Counted from the stretch's first letter, positions 20,087-33,303 are shown. The stretch: DNA of 64,000 nt from an uncultured cyanobacterium (GCA_963740315.1 CAVUDP010000002.1:1056001-1120000), one strand, 5' to 3'. Notes: generated by a model not told the origin, from the letters alone. Program-made: numbers and translations.

Positions 20087-22651
20087 CTACTTATCAACCA
20101 TTGTCCAAACTCCACTCCAAGATTCTTCCGGAGGCTGTGATAAATATTTGTTGCAGCGTTGAATGTGAATATTGACAGCATTATCTATTGGTCTAATTTT
20201 TTTTGCAGCTTCAAAACAAATCAGTGCTTGTGGAAAATTACGAGTTGAATAAGCGGCGCGTCCTGCATGATAATAAGATAAAAAATCTTGTGTATTATCG
20301 TCTAAGGAAGTAGTGCGATCGCCAATCAATTCATAGATTTTTACTGCTTGGTGTTTACCTTTGACTCGAATCTTATCAAGTTCGCGGACAATTACGCGAT
20401 CGCTACACAATTGGTAAGTAAATTCACTTAAAACAATATCGCAACCATACTTCTTGGTGGTTCCTTCCAAACGCGAACTTAAGTTAACTCCATCTCCAAT
20501 CACGGTGTAGTCCATCCGCTTGCGAGAACCGATGTTTCCCGAAACTACTTCCCCGGAACTAATGCCAATACCAATATGAATTTGTGGCTGCTCTTGAACA
20601 ATGCGGCGATCGTTAAATTCCTTAAGCCGATGTCGCATATCTAACGCTGCCTGTATGGCTCGCCAAGCATGATTTTCTGTTAAAGGTAGCGGCGCACCGA
20701 ATACCGCCATCAAGGCATCCCCAATAAATTTATCTAAAGTGCCTTCGTAGTTAAAAACTGATTCCACCATTGTTTCAAAATACTGATTCAGTAGCGACAC
20801 CACTTCGGCAGCACCGAGATTTTCTGTAAGTGTTGTGTAGCCCCTGATATCAGAAAATAAAATGGTGACTTCTTTCCGTTCACCAACCATTAAACCATCT
20901 TCCCCTAACGCCATAACTTGCTCTGCTACGTGAGGGGTTAAATAGCGATACATAGTAGTTTTAAGCCGCTTTTCTTGACTGATATCTTCCAAAACTACCA
21001 ATCCACCGCGCACGCCGCCTTCTGGGTTAGTTAACGGGTTGACTGTAAGATTAAGACTTCTTTCTATGGGTTCAACTTGAGAAGAATCTACAAACTGGGA
21101 TTGGGGAGTCAGCGGGTGATTCCAAGGAATAAAAACTTCTGGATTAGTAGGATTTGGTAATGCGAGTATATATTCTTCCAACTCTTCCGACTCGCCGGGT
21201 AGGTAATATAGTCCTACCATCAAACTTTGTTCTGGTACGTAATGTTTTGCACCAGTCTTCAAACTATCTTCTAACCGAAATTGCAAATTTTCAATTGGTA
21301 CAACTTCCCATAGTAGCCGACTAATTAAATTTTTTTCCCAAAGAATCTTATGATTTCTAGTACTTGCATCTCCTGTTAGCGGACAACCTAATAGTTCTAA
21401 TGCTGCATCATTGATCGTGACTATTCTACCTTCCATATCTGTAGAGATTACGGCATCTGATAAACTTTGTAGAATGTCTTTTTGATATTGTTTTTCTAAT
21501 AATACACTTTCAAATAAACGGGCATTTTCTAAAGCAATTCCTGCCTGTATATTAAAAGCCCGCATAAATTCTTCATCTGATGCAGTAAAACTACCTTTTT
21601 GCTTGTTAATTAACTGTGTCACGCCAATTAATTCATTAGCTGAATTAAAAACCGGCAAGCACAAGATATTACGAGTAAAATAACCCGTCTTTCTATCTGT
21701 AGTTGGGTCAAAACGAGGATCTTTATAAGCGTCGTCGATATTCAAAGCAACGCCGGTGGATGCTACATAACCCACAATTCCACGATTGCCAGGAATGCTT
21801 ATTTCCATCATAGTTTTGCCATCAGCAGCCGCAACTTTTGTCCACAATTCGCTCATTTCTTTGCGATACAAAAATAGCGTACTCCTATCTGCTTGCATCA
21901 AAATTCGGGCTTGTTCCATGACTATTTGCAAAGTCGCTTCTAAGTCTAAACTTTGACCGAGTGTCTGAGTTGCTCGTAAAAGTGCGGTTGCACCTCTTTG
22001 ATTTCGTGCTGCTACATAAAAAGATTGGCAGCTTTCCAGGATAATCCCAATACTTGCGGCAAATTCCCGAAAACAGGTTTCATCTTCACTATTAAAAGGA
22101 ATTCCCCCGGCTTTATTTGCTAACTGCACAACTGCAACAATTTGATTTTTGCTGCTTACAACCGGCATACACAAAATATTCCGAATTTTGTAGCCTAGTT
22201 GCTTTTCTAATTCTGGGCTAAATAAAGGATGAGTAATAGTTTCAGCAATATTTAAATATTGTCCCGTACTCGCAACATGACCCGGAATTCCCACATTTAT
22301 CGGAGTCCGAATTTCTAAGGTCTTATTAATATTATTTTGCGGCACTTTTGACCATAGCTGACCTTTATCATGGTCAACTAAAAAAATAGTAGTGTGTTCT
22401 GCTTGAAGAATTTGACCGATTTTTAACGTAATTGCCTCAAGTACTTTCTCTAGCATTGTTTCTAGAGCTTCATTGTTTATCAGTTCTATTGCTCTGATAA
22501 ACTGTTGGAACTCCGCAGTAATAAAGTCCAACAAGCAAACAAATTCATTTACAGAAAGGTCTTTTACACGCCGCAATAGAGCGTGGGTACGATTAACTTG
22601 AGTAAGTTCAGTTAACGTAGCTAATACGCTACCAGGATTCAAAAGTGTCAT
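20087..22651 (-). CDS. cyaB1: Class III adenylate cyclase, GAF-GAF-PAS-cyclase (CyaB1-type)
   Basis: Two GAF domains with NKxxxxF..D motifs, PAS, FSDIRGYT, DKFIGDALMA, TVIGDGVNLSSRLE; N-terminus resembles Anabaena CyaB1 as I recall it. Confidence 0.9.
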   Translation of the reverse strand: MTLLNPGSVLATLTELTQVNRTHALLRRVKDLSVNEFVCLLDFITAEFQQFIRAIELINNEALETMLEKVLEAITLKIGQILQAEHTTIFLVDHDKGQLWSKVPQNNINKTLEIRTPINVGIPGHVASTGQYLNIAETITHPLFSPELEKQLGYKIRNILCMPVVSSKNQIVAVVQLANKAGGIPFNSEDETCFREFAASIGIILESCQSFYVAARNQRGATALLRATQTLGQSLDLEATLQIVMEQARILMQADRSTLFLYRKEMSELWTKVAAADGKTMMEISIPGNRGIVGYVASTGVALNIDDAYKDPRFDPTTDRKTGYFTRNILCLPVFNSANELIGVTQLINKQKGSFTASDEEFMRAFNIQAGIALENARLFESVLLEKQYQKDILQSLSDAVISTDMEGRIVTINDAALELLGCPLTGDASTRNHKILWEKNLISRLLWEVVPIENLQFRLEDSLKTGAKHYVPEQSLMVGLYYLPGESEELEEYILALPNPTNPEVFIPWNHPLTPQSQFVDSSQVEPIERSLNLTVNPLTNPEGGVRGGLVVLEDISQEKRLKTTMYRYLTPHVAEQVMALGEDGLMVGERKEVTILFSDIRGYTTLTENLGAAEVVSLLNQYFETMVESVFNYEGTLDKFIGDALMAVFGAPLPLTENHAWRAIQAALDMRHRLKEFNDRRIVQEQPQIHIGIGISSGEVVSGNIGSRKRMDYTVIGDGVNLSSRLEGTTKKYGCDIVLSEFTYQLCSDRVIVRELDKIRVKGKHQAVKIYELIGDRTTSLDDNTQDFLSYYHAGRAAYSTRNFPQALICFEAAKKIRPIDNAVNIHIQRCNKYLSQPPEESWSGVWTMVDK

Positions 22652-22932
22652 GGGAATTTTATATTTAAGATTATTGATTAAGATGTTAGGTACAATTTTA
22701 TACTTACATCAGAATCATAATCTAAATTTTGCAATTTATAAATATTTGTAAATGCAGATGCTTACTTAGTAATTTATTTATCCGTATCTATATAAATAAT
22801 GTGTATAAAAGTGCTTTATACAAGTTTAATTACGATTTTATATAAAGCATTAAAATCACTAAAAATACTTATAAAAATTTGAGTTGACTTCTTAAGGACG
22901 GGACAAACCCGCCCTACCGCGATCGAAATTGA

Positions 22933-24066
22933 TTATGCAGCCTTTGGCGTTTGAGAAGAAACAACGCCTTGATAAAAAGTTTGTAGCTGACGGGTAGCAG
23001 CCGACCATCCCCAACGTTCTGCTTCTTCACGAGCATTTTGACGGATAACTTCTCGCTCATCTTTTTTTTCTAAAAGACGAAGCGTAGCAGCGATCGCACC
23101 TGCATCATCAGATTTTGGTTCAAAAAGATATCCGTTGACTCCGTCAGTCACAATATCTGGAATACCTCCCGAACGTGCTGCTACTACAGGACATCCAGCC
23201 GCCATTGCTTCTAATAGCACCAATCCTAAAGTTTCCGTGCGAGAAGGGAAAATGAAAGCGTCAGCGCTAGCAAAGGCTGAGCCTAAATCGGTGCCGGTAA
23301 GATAGCCGACAAAATAAGTATTCGTTTGGGCGAAGTGTTTTTCTAAGGCTTCGCGATGGGGACCATCTCCTACTAACGCCAATCTCGCTTCAGGAATAGC
23401 TTCTAAAATCGGTTTAATGCGCTCAATCTCTTTCTCCACAGACAAACGTCCTACATAAAGTAGCAGCGGGCTTTGCGGATGATTTTGCGACAGGTGCTGA
23501 CGCATTTGCTCGCTTGCAAGATTTGGATGAAATAATTCTGTATCTACTCCTCGCTGCCATAAATCTACACGTTCGATGCCGTGGGAGGTCAATTCTTGCA
23601 TCATCGCCGTAGAAGTACATAAATTTAAAGCAGCTTGATTGTGACCTGCTTTGAGTAATTCCCAAAGCAATCCTTCTAACATTCCCAATCCGTAATGTTG
23701 CAGATATTGCGGCAGGTGAGTATGATAGGAAGCTACTAAAGGAATGTTATTTATTTTACTATGAATAATCCCGGCTAAACCTAGAACTGCTGGGTTAACT
23801 ACATGAATAATATCTGGGTTAAATTCTTCCAAAACATCACCGATCGCCGGACGAGGTAGCGCTAATTTTAATTCTGGATACATCGGTAGAGGAAAGCCAG
23901 AAATACCATAAATTTTAGCTCCCTTATATTCTGTCATTCCGCCATCGGGGCAAATCACTAATACTCGATCGCCATTACGCTGCAAATGTTCGACGGTATG
24001 ACGAAGGCGCGTGACGATGCCGTCAACTTTCGGTAAGAATGTTTCGGTAAATAAGGCAATTCTCAT
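22933..24066 (-). CDS. sqdX: Sulfoquinovosyl-diacylglycerol synthase (GT4)
   Basis: FTETFLPKVDGIV, ETLGLVLLEAMA; immediately downstream of sqdB. Confidence 0.92.
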   Translation of the reverse strand: MRIALFTETFLPKVDGIVTRLRHTVEHLQRNGDRVLVICPDGGMTEYKGAKIYGISGFPLPMYPELKLALPRPAIGDVLEEFNPDIIHVVNPAVLGLAGIIHSKINNIPLVASYHTHLPQYLQHYGLGMLEGLLWELLKAGHNQAALNLCTSTAMMQELTSHGIERVDLWQRGVDTELFHPNLASEQMRQHLSQNHPQSPLLLYVGRLSVEKEIERIKPILEAIPEARLALVGDGPHREALEKHFAQTNTYFVGYLTGTDLGSAFASADAFIFPSRTETLGLVLLEAMAAGCPVVAARSGGIPDIVTDGVNGYLFEPKSDDAGAIAATLRLLEKKDEREVIRQNAREEAERWGWSAATRQLQTFYQGVVSSQTPKAA

Positions 24067-24367
24067 ACAATATGGAGTATAGCAGGGTTACAATTTCCGC
24101 AACTTGGTTTAATAATTCCGTAACAGGATAATCCCATTTCGCATCGTTAGTTAAAATTTAAAAGGTAAATAATTATGGGCGGTGAAGCGCATTTAAAATT
24201 CACCAAATCTCTTCGTAGCGGAAGCCCTGACTAAAAATTTAAAGCCATTGTTAGGTAAGTATGTTGGTTGTCCTAAAAGTATAATCACCTGCGAGCAAAA
24301 AATTTTAGTAGATAGCTATGAGCAGTTTTTTACAACTAATTACTAACTACTAAAAAATTTGTACTCT

Positions 24368-25582
<1,215 letters not shown>

Positions 25583-25947
25583 TCATCGAGATACTAACTT
25601 GAAGATTCTTACCAAATAAAATATCAATTCAGCCCCACATAGCCACGAAAAACCGCACCCAAATCCAAACATAAATAATTTTTAACTTTTTATATTAACG
25701 TCGCGATCGCCCACGGCGGAGTTTGCTGTGGCGTGGTTCTAAAAAAACTAGGGGACGCGCGCAATGGGGAAAAATTAAAATTCCGGCGATTCTCACTCCT
25801 CACTTAATAAACCAGTTTCAGGCAGTTTCAAGCCCTATTGTAAAGAAGTATTACGATAATGCCGTCAAAACGGTTTGGAGTCTTGACAACTAATGGGGAA
25901 GCCGATATCGTGAGATACATACCCGGGTAAGAACGTAAAAGAGTTAT

Positions 25948-26292
25948 ATGCAAGCTAAGCAAAAAGTTACTTTGTATCTATCCCCAGAACTGCACAAAAG
26001 TTTAAAAATACGTTCAGCAGTTGAAAGCGAACCAATGTCAGAGCTTGCCGAGCGTGCCCTCGTATTTTATCTAGCAAATTCAGAGTTGGTGGATGAAGTC
26101 GAAGGTTCTTACGGAAGAACTCACAGGGTTTACTCATGTCCTAACTGCGAAAGTTCACTAATCTTGCGTGATGGGGAATTGGTTGCCCTCGGTAATCAGC
26201 CAGGATTGATTGGTAAAGATGTTTCTATCGGTAAGGTAGAAGATGAGCGGTCAGTTAATCAAGAAGCGGATGAGGAATTAGTTCCTTGTTAA
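25948..26292 (+). CDS. Conserved protein, ribbon-helix-helix-like N-terminus plus CxxC (slr0373-like), first gene of the ycf46 operon
   Basis: KQKVTLYLSPELH RHH-like start, CPNC; conserved position upstream of ycf46. Confidence 0.8.
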   Translation: MQAKQKVTLYLSPELHKSLKIRSAVESEPMSELAERALVFYLANSELVDEVEGSYGRTHRVYSCPNCESSLILRDGELVALGNQPGLIGKDVSIGKVEDERSVNQEADEELVPC

Positions 26293-26397
26293 TTAGGCGA
26301 GAATTATGAATAGTTAATTCATAATTCAGTCTTTACCAAAAGTTAAACAAAAATGAACGATGTCTGTAGTGTTTGTAGGTCCCAAGTAGGTTGATAT

Positions 26398-27909
26398 ATG
26401 AAAGAAGAGCTCAACATACTAATTCAAGCTCAATATCCCTTAATCTACCTTGTGACCTCCGAGGAAGAGCGGGCTGAGCAAGCAATTTATTCCATCGCTC
26501 AATCTTCAAAGCCACAGCGTCGATTGTATGTATGGACAGTAACCCACGGTATAGTGGAGTATGGTCAAGGTCGGAGCGTGACTCAGCATAATACCGTTTC
26601 TCCAGAAGCGGCAATTGAATGGATTATCCGGCAGAAAGAGCCAGGTATATTTATTCTTAAAGATTTACATCCGTTTATTGATGCACCTGCGACTACGAGG
26701 TCTTTACGAGATGCGATCGCCAGCTTCAAAGGCACTCAGAAAAATATAATTTTGATGTCGCCAATGCAGCAGGTTCCCATCGAGTTAGAGAAGGAAGTTG
26801 TAGTCCTTGACTTCCCGCTGCCAGATATGTCCGAGCTTAATCAAGTTTTGGACAGTCATATAGGTCAGCAAAATGCGCGACGATTAACAACTGAGGCAAG
26901 GGAAAAATTACTCAGAGCGGCTTTAGGATTAACTAAAGATGAAGCTGAGAAAGTATATCGCAAAGCTCAAGTAACGAAAAAGCGTTTAACGGAAGAAGAA
27001 GTAGATATAATTTTATCTGAGAAGAAACAGCTAATCCGACGCAATGGTATATTAGAATACATTGAAGAAGATGAAACGATTGATGCTGTTGGTGGCTTGG
27101 AAGAATTGAAGAACTGGTTAACGCAGCGCTCTGATGCTTTCACGGAGAAAGCGAGAGAATATGGCTTACCGCAACCAAAAGGTATGTTAATTCTGGGGGT
27201 TCCAGGCTGTGGAAAATCTTTAATAGCAAAAACCACTTCTAGATTATGGGGATTACCACTGTTGCGTTTAGACATGGGGCGTGTCTACGATGGCTCAATG
27301 GTAGGACGAAGTGAAGCCAATTTAAGAAATGCTCTTAAAACAGCCGAATCAATTTCCCCGGCAATATTGTTTATTGACGAATTAGATAAATCTTTTGCTG
27401 GTAGTTCCGGTTCTGGTGATTCAGACGGAGGTACTTCCAGTCGAATATTCGGATCTTTCCTAACTTGGATGCAAGAGAAAAAATCACCCGTGTTTGTGAT
27501 GGCGACTGCTAACCGGGTAGAACGCTTGCCAGGAGAATTTTTAAGGAAAGGTCGATTTGATGAAATTTTCTTTGTGGATCTGCCTACATCTCAGGAAAGG
27601 CAAGATATCTTCACGATCCACTTAACCAAGCGCCGTAAGGACATCTCCAGATTCGATTTGCAACAGTTGTCGAAGATGTCTGATGGCTTTTCTGGGGCAG
27701 AAATTGAACAAGCGATTGTAGCGGCAATGTACGAAGCTTTTGCCCAAGATCGCGAGTTCACCCAACTAGATATTATTGCTGCACTCAAAGCGACGTTACC
27801 GCTGTCTCGAACGATGCAAGAGCAAGTAACAGCGCTTCGAGACTGGGCGAGACAGCGAGCGCGTCCAGCGGCAGCCTCCGTTGCTGAATATCAGCGAATG
27901 GAGTTTTAA
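26398..27909 (+). CDS. ycf46: Ycf46 family AAA+ ATPase
   Basis: GVPGCGKS, LFIDELDK, ATAN...LRKGRFDE; QYPLIYLVTSEEER N-terminus. Confidence 0.92.
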   Translation: MKEELNILIQAQYPLIYLVTSEEERAEQAIYSIAQSSKPQRRLYVWTVTHGIVEYGQGRSVTQHNTVSPEAAIEWIIRQKEPGIFILKDLHPFIDAPATTRSLRDAIASFKGTQKNIILMSPMQQVPIELEKEVVVLDFPLPDMSELNQVLDSHIGQQNARRLTTEAREKLLRAALGLTKDEAEKVYRKAQVTKKRLTEEEVDIILSEKKQLIRRNGILEYIEEDETIDAVGGLEELKNWLTQRSDAFTEKAREYGLPQPKGMLILGVPGCGKSLIAKTTSRLWGLPLLRLDMGRVYDGSMVGRSEANLRNALKTAESISPAILFIDELDKSFAGSSGSGDSDGGTSSRIFGSFLTWMQEKKSPVFVMATANRVERLPGEFLRKGRFDEIFFVDLPTSQERQDIFTIHLTKRRKDISRFDLQQLSKMSDGFSGAEIEQAIVAAMYEAFAQDREFTQLDIIAALKATLPLSRTMQEQVTALRDWARQRARPAAASVAEYQRMEF

Positions 27910-28054
27910 AAGCTTTCTCCTACTTTATGAAGGTAGGGGCAAAGGCTAGCAAACCCAAAGCTAGCAAATAAAAAAACCGCGCAATTGTCAAGCGCGGCTG
28001 AGTCAAAAAAAACCGTTGTCTTAAATCTCAATCTTCTTTTTGGAGGAAACCCAA

Positions 28055-28405
28055 ATGTCTCATTTTAGCACTCTACGTACCAAAATCACCGACGCTGAAA
28101 TTCTCAAGGCTTCTTTGAGCGATCTAGGTATCACCGTTAAGTCTGAAGCTGATGTTCGTGGTTATAACGGTCAGCGCGTTCGTTCTGACATCGTTGCAGT
28201 TTTAGAAGGCGAATATGATTTAGGTTGGTCTCGCAACAGCGATGGTTCCTTTGATTTAATTGCGGATCTTTGGGGTGTTGCTAAGAAGCACAACCAGACC
28301 GAGTTAATCAACTCCATCAATCAAAAGTATGCTGTTAATAAGACTTTGACTGAAGTCAAGCAACGCGGTTTGCAAAATGCTAACGTCAAGTTGGTATTGC
28401 AATAG
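28055..28405 (+). CDS. ycf35: Ycf35/DUF1257 family protein
   Basis: MSHFSTLRTKI..., VRGYNGQ, FDLIADLW; GGAGG RBS before ATG 28055. Confidence 0.9.
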   Translation: MSHFSTLRTKITDAEILKASLSDLGITVKSEADVRGYNGQRVRSDIVAVLEGEYDLGWSRNSDGSFDLIADLWGVAKKHNQTELINSINQKYAVNKTLTEVKQRGLQNANVKLVLQ

Positions 28406-28568
28406 AAATTTTTCTGCGCGTTCCCAAAGCTGCACGGGTTAACTTAATTAAATAGCGGTTAACCCGCTTTTTCGGGATTGGGACTTACCCAGTCCCTTTT
28501 GCTTTATCTATATTGAATTTAACATTTTTTAACGACAACTTCAGTTGTCTGCAATTCAATACGATATT

Positions 28569-28601
28569 AAAACCTCGCTTATTCGATCGGCGAGGTTTTT
28601 T
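28569..28601. terminator. Intrinsic terminator-like hairpin (possibly bidirectional)
   Basis: AAAACCTCGC-loop-GCGAGGTTTTTT. Confidence 0.6.
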
Positions 28602-28710
28602 CAATTTCAAATCTATTCTATAAAAAACTTGTTTTTTGCGTTGGTGCCGATTTATATGAGATGCTGATTAATTAAATGCTGAAATTTTTTCTAAAGTTAA
28701 ATTTATTTTG

Positions 28711-29643
28711 ATGTCTGTTGTTTCTTCTGTTTGCGTCACCGTTCCCGCAACAACTGCGAATTTAGGTCCGGGTTTTGATTGTATTGGTGCAGCTTTAACC
28801 CTTTATAACGAATTGAAATTTACTTGCTCAAAATTAGATCGAGCTAAAAAACTAATTATTAACGTTACTGGAGATGAAGCCGCAAAAGTAGCGAAAGATG
28901 AAAGCAATCTTGTATATCAAGCATTTATAAAATTTTTTCAACACATACAACAAACACCACCTCCAGTAAACATTGAGATTAAATTAGGGGTTCCATTAGC
29001 GCGGGGTTTAGGTAGTTCCGCAACAGCTATTGTTGGTGGATTGATCGGTGCGAATGTATTAGCAGGTGAAATTTTAACTCCAGCCCAGATAATGGAATTA
29101 GCGATCGCGATTGAAGGGCACCCGGATAACGTAGTACCTGCGCTATGGGGTGGATGTTGTTTGGCAGCGACAAGCGATACAGGATGGGAAATTTGTGACA
29201 TCCCTTGGTGTAAAGATGTTGTCCCAGTAGTTGCAATTCCAGATTTTGAACTTTCAACTAGCGTGGCACGGCAAGTATTACCAACTCAAGTAAGTCGTGG
29301 AGATGCGATTTTCAATACAGCACATCTAGGGTTGTTGCTGCGTGGATTGGAAACTGGCAATAAAAATTGGTTGCGGGCTGCTTTGCAAGATAAGTTACAT
29401 CAGCCTTACAGAAAATACCTGATTCATGGTTACGATGATCTTTATGCCGTAGCCTTATTATCTGGTGCTTACGGCATGGTTATTAGCGGTGCCGGTCCCA
29501 CTTTATTAGCACTTACTGATACCAGTAATTCTGCATCTGTAGCCGCAGCTATGGCTTCTGAGTGGCAAAAACAAGCAATTAAAGCACAAGTAAAAATACT
29601 CCAGATCGATCGCCAAGGAGCAACAAGCGTTGTTCAAGGATAA
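28711..29643 (+). CDS. thrB: Homoserine kinase
   Basis: VPATTANLGPGFD, PLARGLGSSA, EGHPDN, SGAGPT. Confidence 0.97.
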   Translation: MSVVSSVCVTVPATTANLGPGFDCIGAALTLYNELKFTCSKLDRAKKLIINVTGDEAAKVAKDESNLVYQAFIKFFQHIQQTPPPVNIEIKLGVPLARGLGSSATAIVGGLIGANVLAGEILTPAQIMELAIAIEGHPDNVVPALWGGCCLAATSDTGWEICDIPWCKDVVPVVAIPDFELSTSVARQVLPTQVSRGDAIFNTAHLGLLLRGLETGNKNWLRAALQDKLHQPYRKYLIHGYDDLYAVALLSGAYGMVISGAGPTLLALTDTSNSASVAAAMASEWQKQAIKAQVKILQIDRQGATSVVQG

Positions 29644-29652
29644 AAAGCAATT

Positions 29653-30165
29653 ATGCAGAATATTCAGTCAGAAATTGCAGTGATTCGCTCTCAAATTAAT
29701 CAACTGCGCCGAGAAGGTGCCTCTCTTGCGGTAAATATAACGCCTTCCCAAGAAGATTCACCCCAAGCAATCGCCGAAGCTTACCGTCGTCAGGCAAGGG
29801 AAAATCCTCAATTATTTGCCGAGCTTAAAGGTATAGATGATGCGATCGCAGCCTTGGAAGCTCAACTAATAGAAAAACAAACTTTGTTAAAAAAATCTAG
29901 CAAAGGATATATTACCCGCGTTTCTGAGCAAAAAGAAGAATTAGAGAAATTTAAAACCGAAGCTAAAGTTCATGCAGAGCGAATCAATCAATTAGCCTCA
30001 CAACTTGCTACAGAAGTCAATAGTCTCAAAGCCTGTGCCGACAATTTAACTCCGCTTTATTGGCGATTGTATTACAAACCTTTTATTACTGGCTTTAAAA
30101 CTATTTCCGTTCCTTATGTTCGTTGTGATGATGATGTTTGGACGATTGTTAATCGTATCGTTTGA
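29653..30165 (+). CDS. Hypothetical coiled-coil protein
   Basis: 170-aa helical, heptad-rich ORF starting 10 nt after thrB. Confidence 0.75.
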   Translation: MQNIQSEIAVIRSQINQLRREGASLAVNITPSQEDSPQAIAEAYRRQARENPQLFAELKGIDDAIAALEAQLIEKQTLLKKSSKGYITRVSEQKEELEKFKTEAKVHAERINQLASQLATEVNSLKACADNLTPLYWRLYYKPFITGFKTISVPYVRCDDDVWTIVNRIV

Positions 30166-30454
30166 AGATTGCTACAGCATTTTCTATCGTTGGGATTATC
30201 AATTTGAATATTTAATTATTTATTATCTTTCCTAAAATGCAGTTTATGTTACAAATTGCAACGGTGGCTATAGCTGCCGTTACAATTTGTCTTAACAAAA
30301 ATTTATAGAATATGTGATTTTGACGGTTTCAATGAGTATTTATGACTAAAAAAAACCTAAATATTTATTTTATAAGGGTAAATTCTGTTTACAAAACTAT
30401 AAATTGCTTAATATAATGTAAACATTAAGAAGTAATGTAAACTGATTGTCAGTA

Positions 30455-32062
30455 ATGAGTGAATTTCCTTGGCTAACTTCGATAATTCTTTTGCCATTGG
30501 TAGCAGCAGTCTTCATCCCGTTGCTTCCTGATAAAGAAGGCAAAACCGTTCGTTGGTATGGTTTGGGTATAGCGATCGCCGACTTTACATTAATAATTTA
30601 TGCTGCATGGCATAGTTACGATTTTCAAAACGCATCATTTCAGCTAGTTGAGAAATACGCTTGGGTACCCCAGTTGGGTTTAAATTGGTCAGTAGCAGTT
30701 GACGGTTTGTCAATGCCTCTGATTTTATTAACAGGCTTAATTAATACTTTGGCTATTTTCGCGGCTTGGAGAGTTACAAACAAGCCGCGTTTGTTTTATG
30801 GTTTGATGCTGGTGATGTATAGCGCTCAACTTGGCGTATTCCTAGCTCAAGATTTATTATTATTTTTCTTAATGTGGGAAATTGAGTTGGTTCCCGTATA
30901 CCTGCTAATTTCCATCTGGGGAGGACCAAAACGTCGCTACGCGGCAACTAAATTTATTATTTATACAGCGTTGGCTTCTATATTTATCTTGGTAGCAGCT
31001 TTTGCAATGGCATTTTATGGCGATACCGTGACTTTTGACATGGCATCCTTGGGAATGAAGCAATATCCCCAAACACTTTCCATGCTTGTTTATGGAGCTT
31101 TCTTGATTGCCTTCGGCGTAAAGCTACCAATTTTCCCTCTTCATACTTGGCTACCGGATGCTCACGGTGAAGCTTCTGCCCCAGGTTCGATGATTTTGGC
31201 TGGTGTGTTGTTAAAGATGGGTGGTTATGCGTTAATTCGCATCAACATGGAAATGCTGCCTAACGCTCACGTTGTTTTTGCTCCCGTATTAATAATCTTG
31301 GGTGTAGTTAACATTATTTACGGTGCTTGCTGTGCCTTTGCACAAACCAACTTGAAGCGTCGTTTGGCTTATTCTTCAATTGCTCACATGGGTATCGTGT
31401 TAATTGGAATCGGTTCCTACACCGAAATTGGGATGAGCGGTGCGATGTTACAAATGATTTCCCACGGTTTGATTGCAGCAGCATTATTTTTCCTTTCCGG
31501 CGTAACTTACGAACGCAGCCACACCTTAGAGATGGATAAAATGGGTGGAATGGCTTCATTTATGCCTAAAACCTTTGCTTTATATACTGCTGGTGCAATG
31601 GCTTCCTTAGCGCTACCGGGAATGAGCGGATTTGTTGGAGAATTGATGGTATTCCTCGGTATTTCCAGCAGCGATGTTTACAGTTCCAGCTTTAAGGTTG
31701 TAGTTGTATTGTTAAGTGCTGTAGGCGTAATTTTGACTCCGATTTATTTACTATCTTTGTTGAGACAAGTATTTTACGGCAATCGGAATCAAGAATTGCA
31801 AATGGAATCAATAGTACCCGATGTAAAACCTCGCGAACTTTTCATTACTGCTTGTTTACTGCTTCCAATTATCGGTATCGGTTTATATCCGAAATTGGCA
31901 ACACAAACTTATGATGTAAAAACGCAAGAATTAGCGGCTCATGCGCGAGAAGCCCTACCAGTAGTTGCATCCGAGCAATCATCAAGTTTATATTCTCAAG
32001 TTTTTACCACACCAACAGTGGCAGATTCAAAAGTTGCTAGTTTAGTTAATGTGGCTAAGTAG
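30455..32062 (+). CDS. ndhD: NAD(P)H-quinone oxidoreductase subunit 4 (NdhD1/D2-type paralog)
   Basis: [47 protein letters not shown]. Confidence 0.95.
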   Translation: MSEFPWLTSIILLPLVAAVFIPLLPDKEGKTVRWYGLGIAIADFTLIIYAAWHSYDFQNASFQLVEKYAWVPQLGLNWSVAVDGLSMPLILLTGLINTLAIFAAWRVTNKPRLFYGLMLVMYSAQLGVFLAQDLLLFFLMWEIELVPVYLLISIWGGPKRRYAATKFIIYTALASIFILVAAFAMAFYGDTVTFDMASLGMKQYPQTLSMLVYGAFLIAFGVKLPIFPLHTWLPDAHGEASAPGSMILAGVLLKMGGYALIRINMEMLPNAHVVFAPVLIILGVVNIIYGACCAFAQTNLKRRLAYSSIAHMGIVLIGIGSYTEIGMSGAMLQMISHGLIAAALFFLSGVTYERSHTLEMDKMGGMASFMPKTFALYTAGAMASLALPGMSGFVGELMVFLGISSSDVYSSSFKVVVVLLSAVGVILTPIYLLSLLRQVFYGNRNQELQMESIVPDVKPRELFITACLLLPIIGIGLYPKLATQTYDVKTQELAAHAREALPVVASEQSSSLYSQVFTTPTVADSKVASLVNVAK

Positions 32063-32371
32063 TAAGTTATCAAATTGTGGGCTGGTGCTATTAGATAGTT
32101 TTAAAAATATTTGGTGGGGGTGATGATGCATCGCCCCCATTAATTGTGGTTAGTAGAAAAGCTTAATCAAAGGCAGAAGGTACCTTTCACCACTATTTGG
32201 CAGAGTAAGTTGAAAACGGGGGAGTGTTAAAGCTTTTGAATAATTCCTTAGTCATCCGGCTGCTAGTTTCCCCTCCTTACGGATTTAAATGAATGTCGGG
32301 CTTGGCTTTGAATTGATAGCCAATTACTTACAATCATTTTGTTTTCTAGGTTGCGGATAGTGGCAATTTAT

Positions 32372-32760
32372 TTAACCTTTTTTTTCTAAAACTGATATCT
32401 GCCCTTGTGAAATATTTTCCATTTCTATAGCAACCATAGCTTCATCAAATGCTCTTGGAAATACATCTTGATTGCTTGAATTTTTGTAACTATAGCCATC
32501 ATAAAATCCTTTAGCAAACTCAATTGCTGCTCTGTCTTCAATTGGGTTATTCATGCCAATCACATAATCAATGTACTGGCTAATTGCCACAGCAGGTTTT
32601 TCTGAATAACAAGCATTAAGCAGCACGCATTTAACAAAATCAACGTGCAATTTAAACAAAGATGCTAAACCTTCAGGTGAAACAGGTTTATTGTTTCCCC
32701 CATCATCCTCTAACAGCAAGCTACCATCTTTTTCACCATGCCCGCAAAAAAAGAATGTTT
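32372..32760 (-). pseudogene. Fragment: C-terminal half of a CHAT (caspase-like) domain
   Basis: FCGHG...LLNACYS...VIGMN..IEDRAAIEFAKGFYD are CHAT His/Cys motifs; N-terminal half missing and no ATG start. Confidence 0.7.
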
Positions 32761-33096
32761 CTTCTTTGTTTCCATGTACTAAATTATCCGTAACGCCTAA
32801 ACCCAAAATTATCTTGAGTTCTCTTTTTTAAAGTATTGTGATAAATTCGGGTATGGGGGAATACTACTTAAAACAAGAGTTAACCATGTAGAAAAATTAT
32901 TAAAGCATTATGCACTTTATATCTTGCACCTCAAGCATAAATACTGAATTTAAAAAATAGATATTAAAAAATATTACTAATTTAATTAGTCATACATTTA
33001 GTCCATTTTAATGGACTTTTGCTATTAGACAGGGGTTTGCAACCCCTGGCAGGTATGAACAGAGTCGAAGAATCTATAATTGTTTTTAGAAGTGGA

Positions 33097-33164
33097 ATGG
33101 TGCGTGACGCTATAAGAATTGTAACCACTAAGAAGAATTATCTGCATGGTCACACACCCTACAA
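33097..33164. repeat. REP-like element ATGGTGCGTGACGCTA...GTCACACACCCTACAA (copy 2)
   Basis: Arms identical to those at 9413-9479. Confidence 0.75.
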
Positions 33165-33303
33165 TTATTAATTTACAAGTGGGATTTTGTGTGACACGTC
33201 AAGACTGCTAACTCTTCGTCTTGAATCCAAAATAGAAAAAACCCGACTGTAGAATTCAGCCGAGTTTTGACTTAATGTTAAAGTTGTTCTTCAGACAGAT
33301 GTA

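Noticed and set aside
30240..30445. RpaB/HLR1-like TTACA half-sites upstream of ndhD (and near 45085-45105 upstream of psaD)
   Set aside because: Only imperfect half-sites with off spacing in AT-rich DNA; cannot be supported by eye
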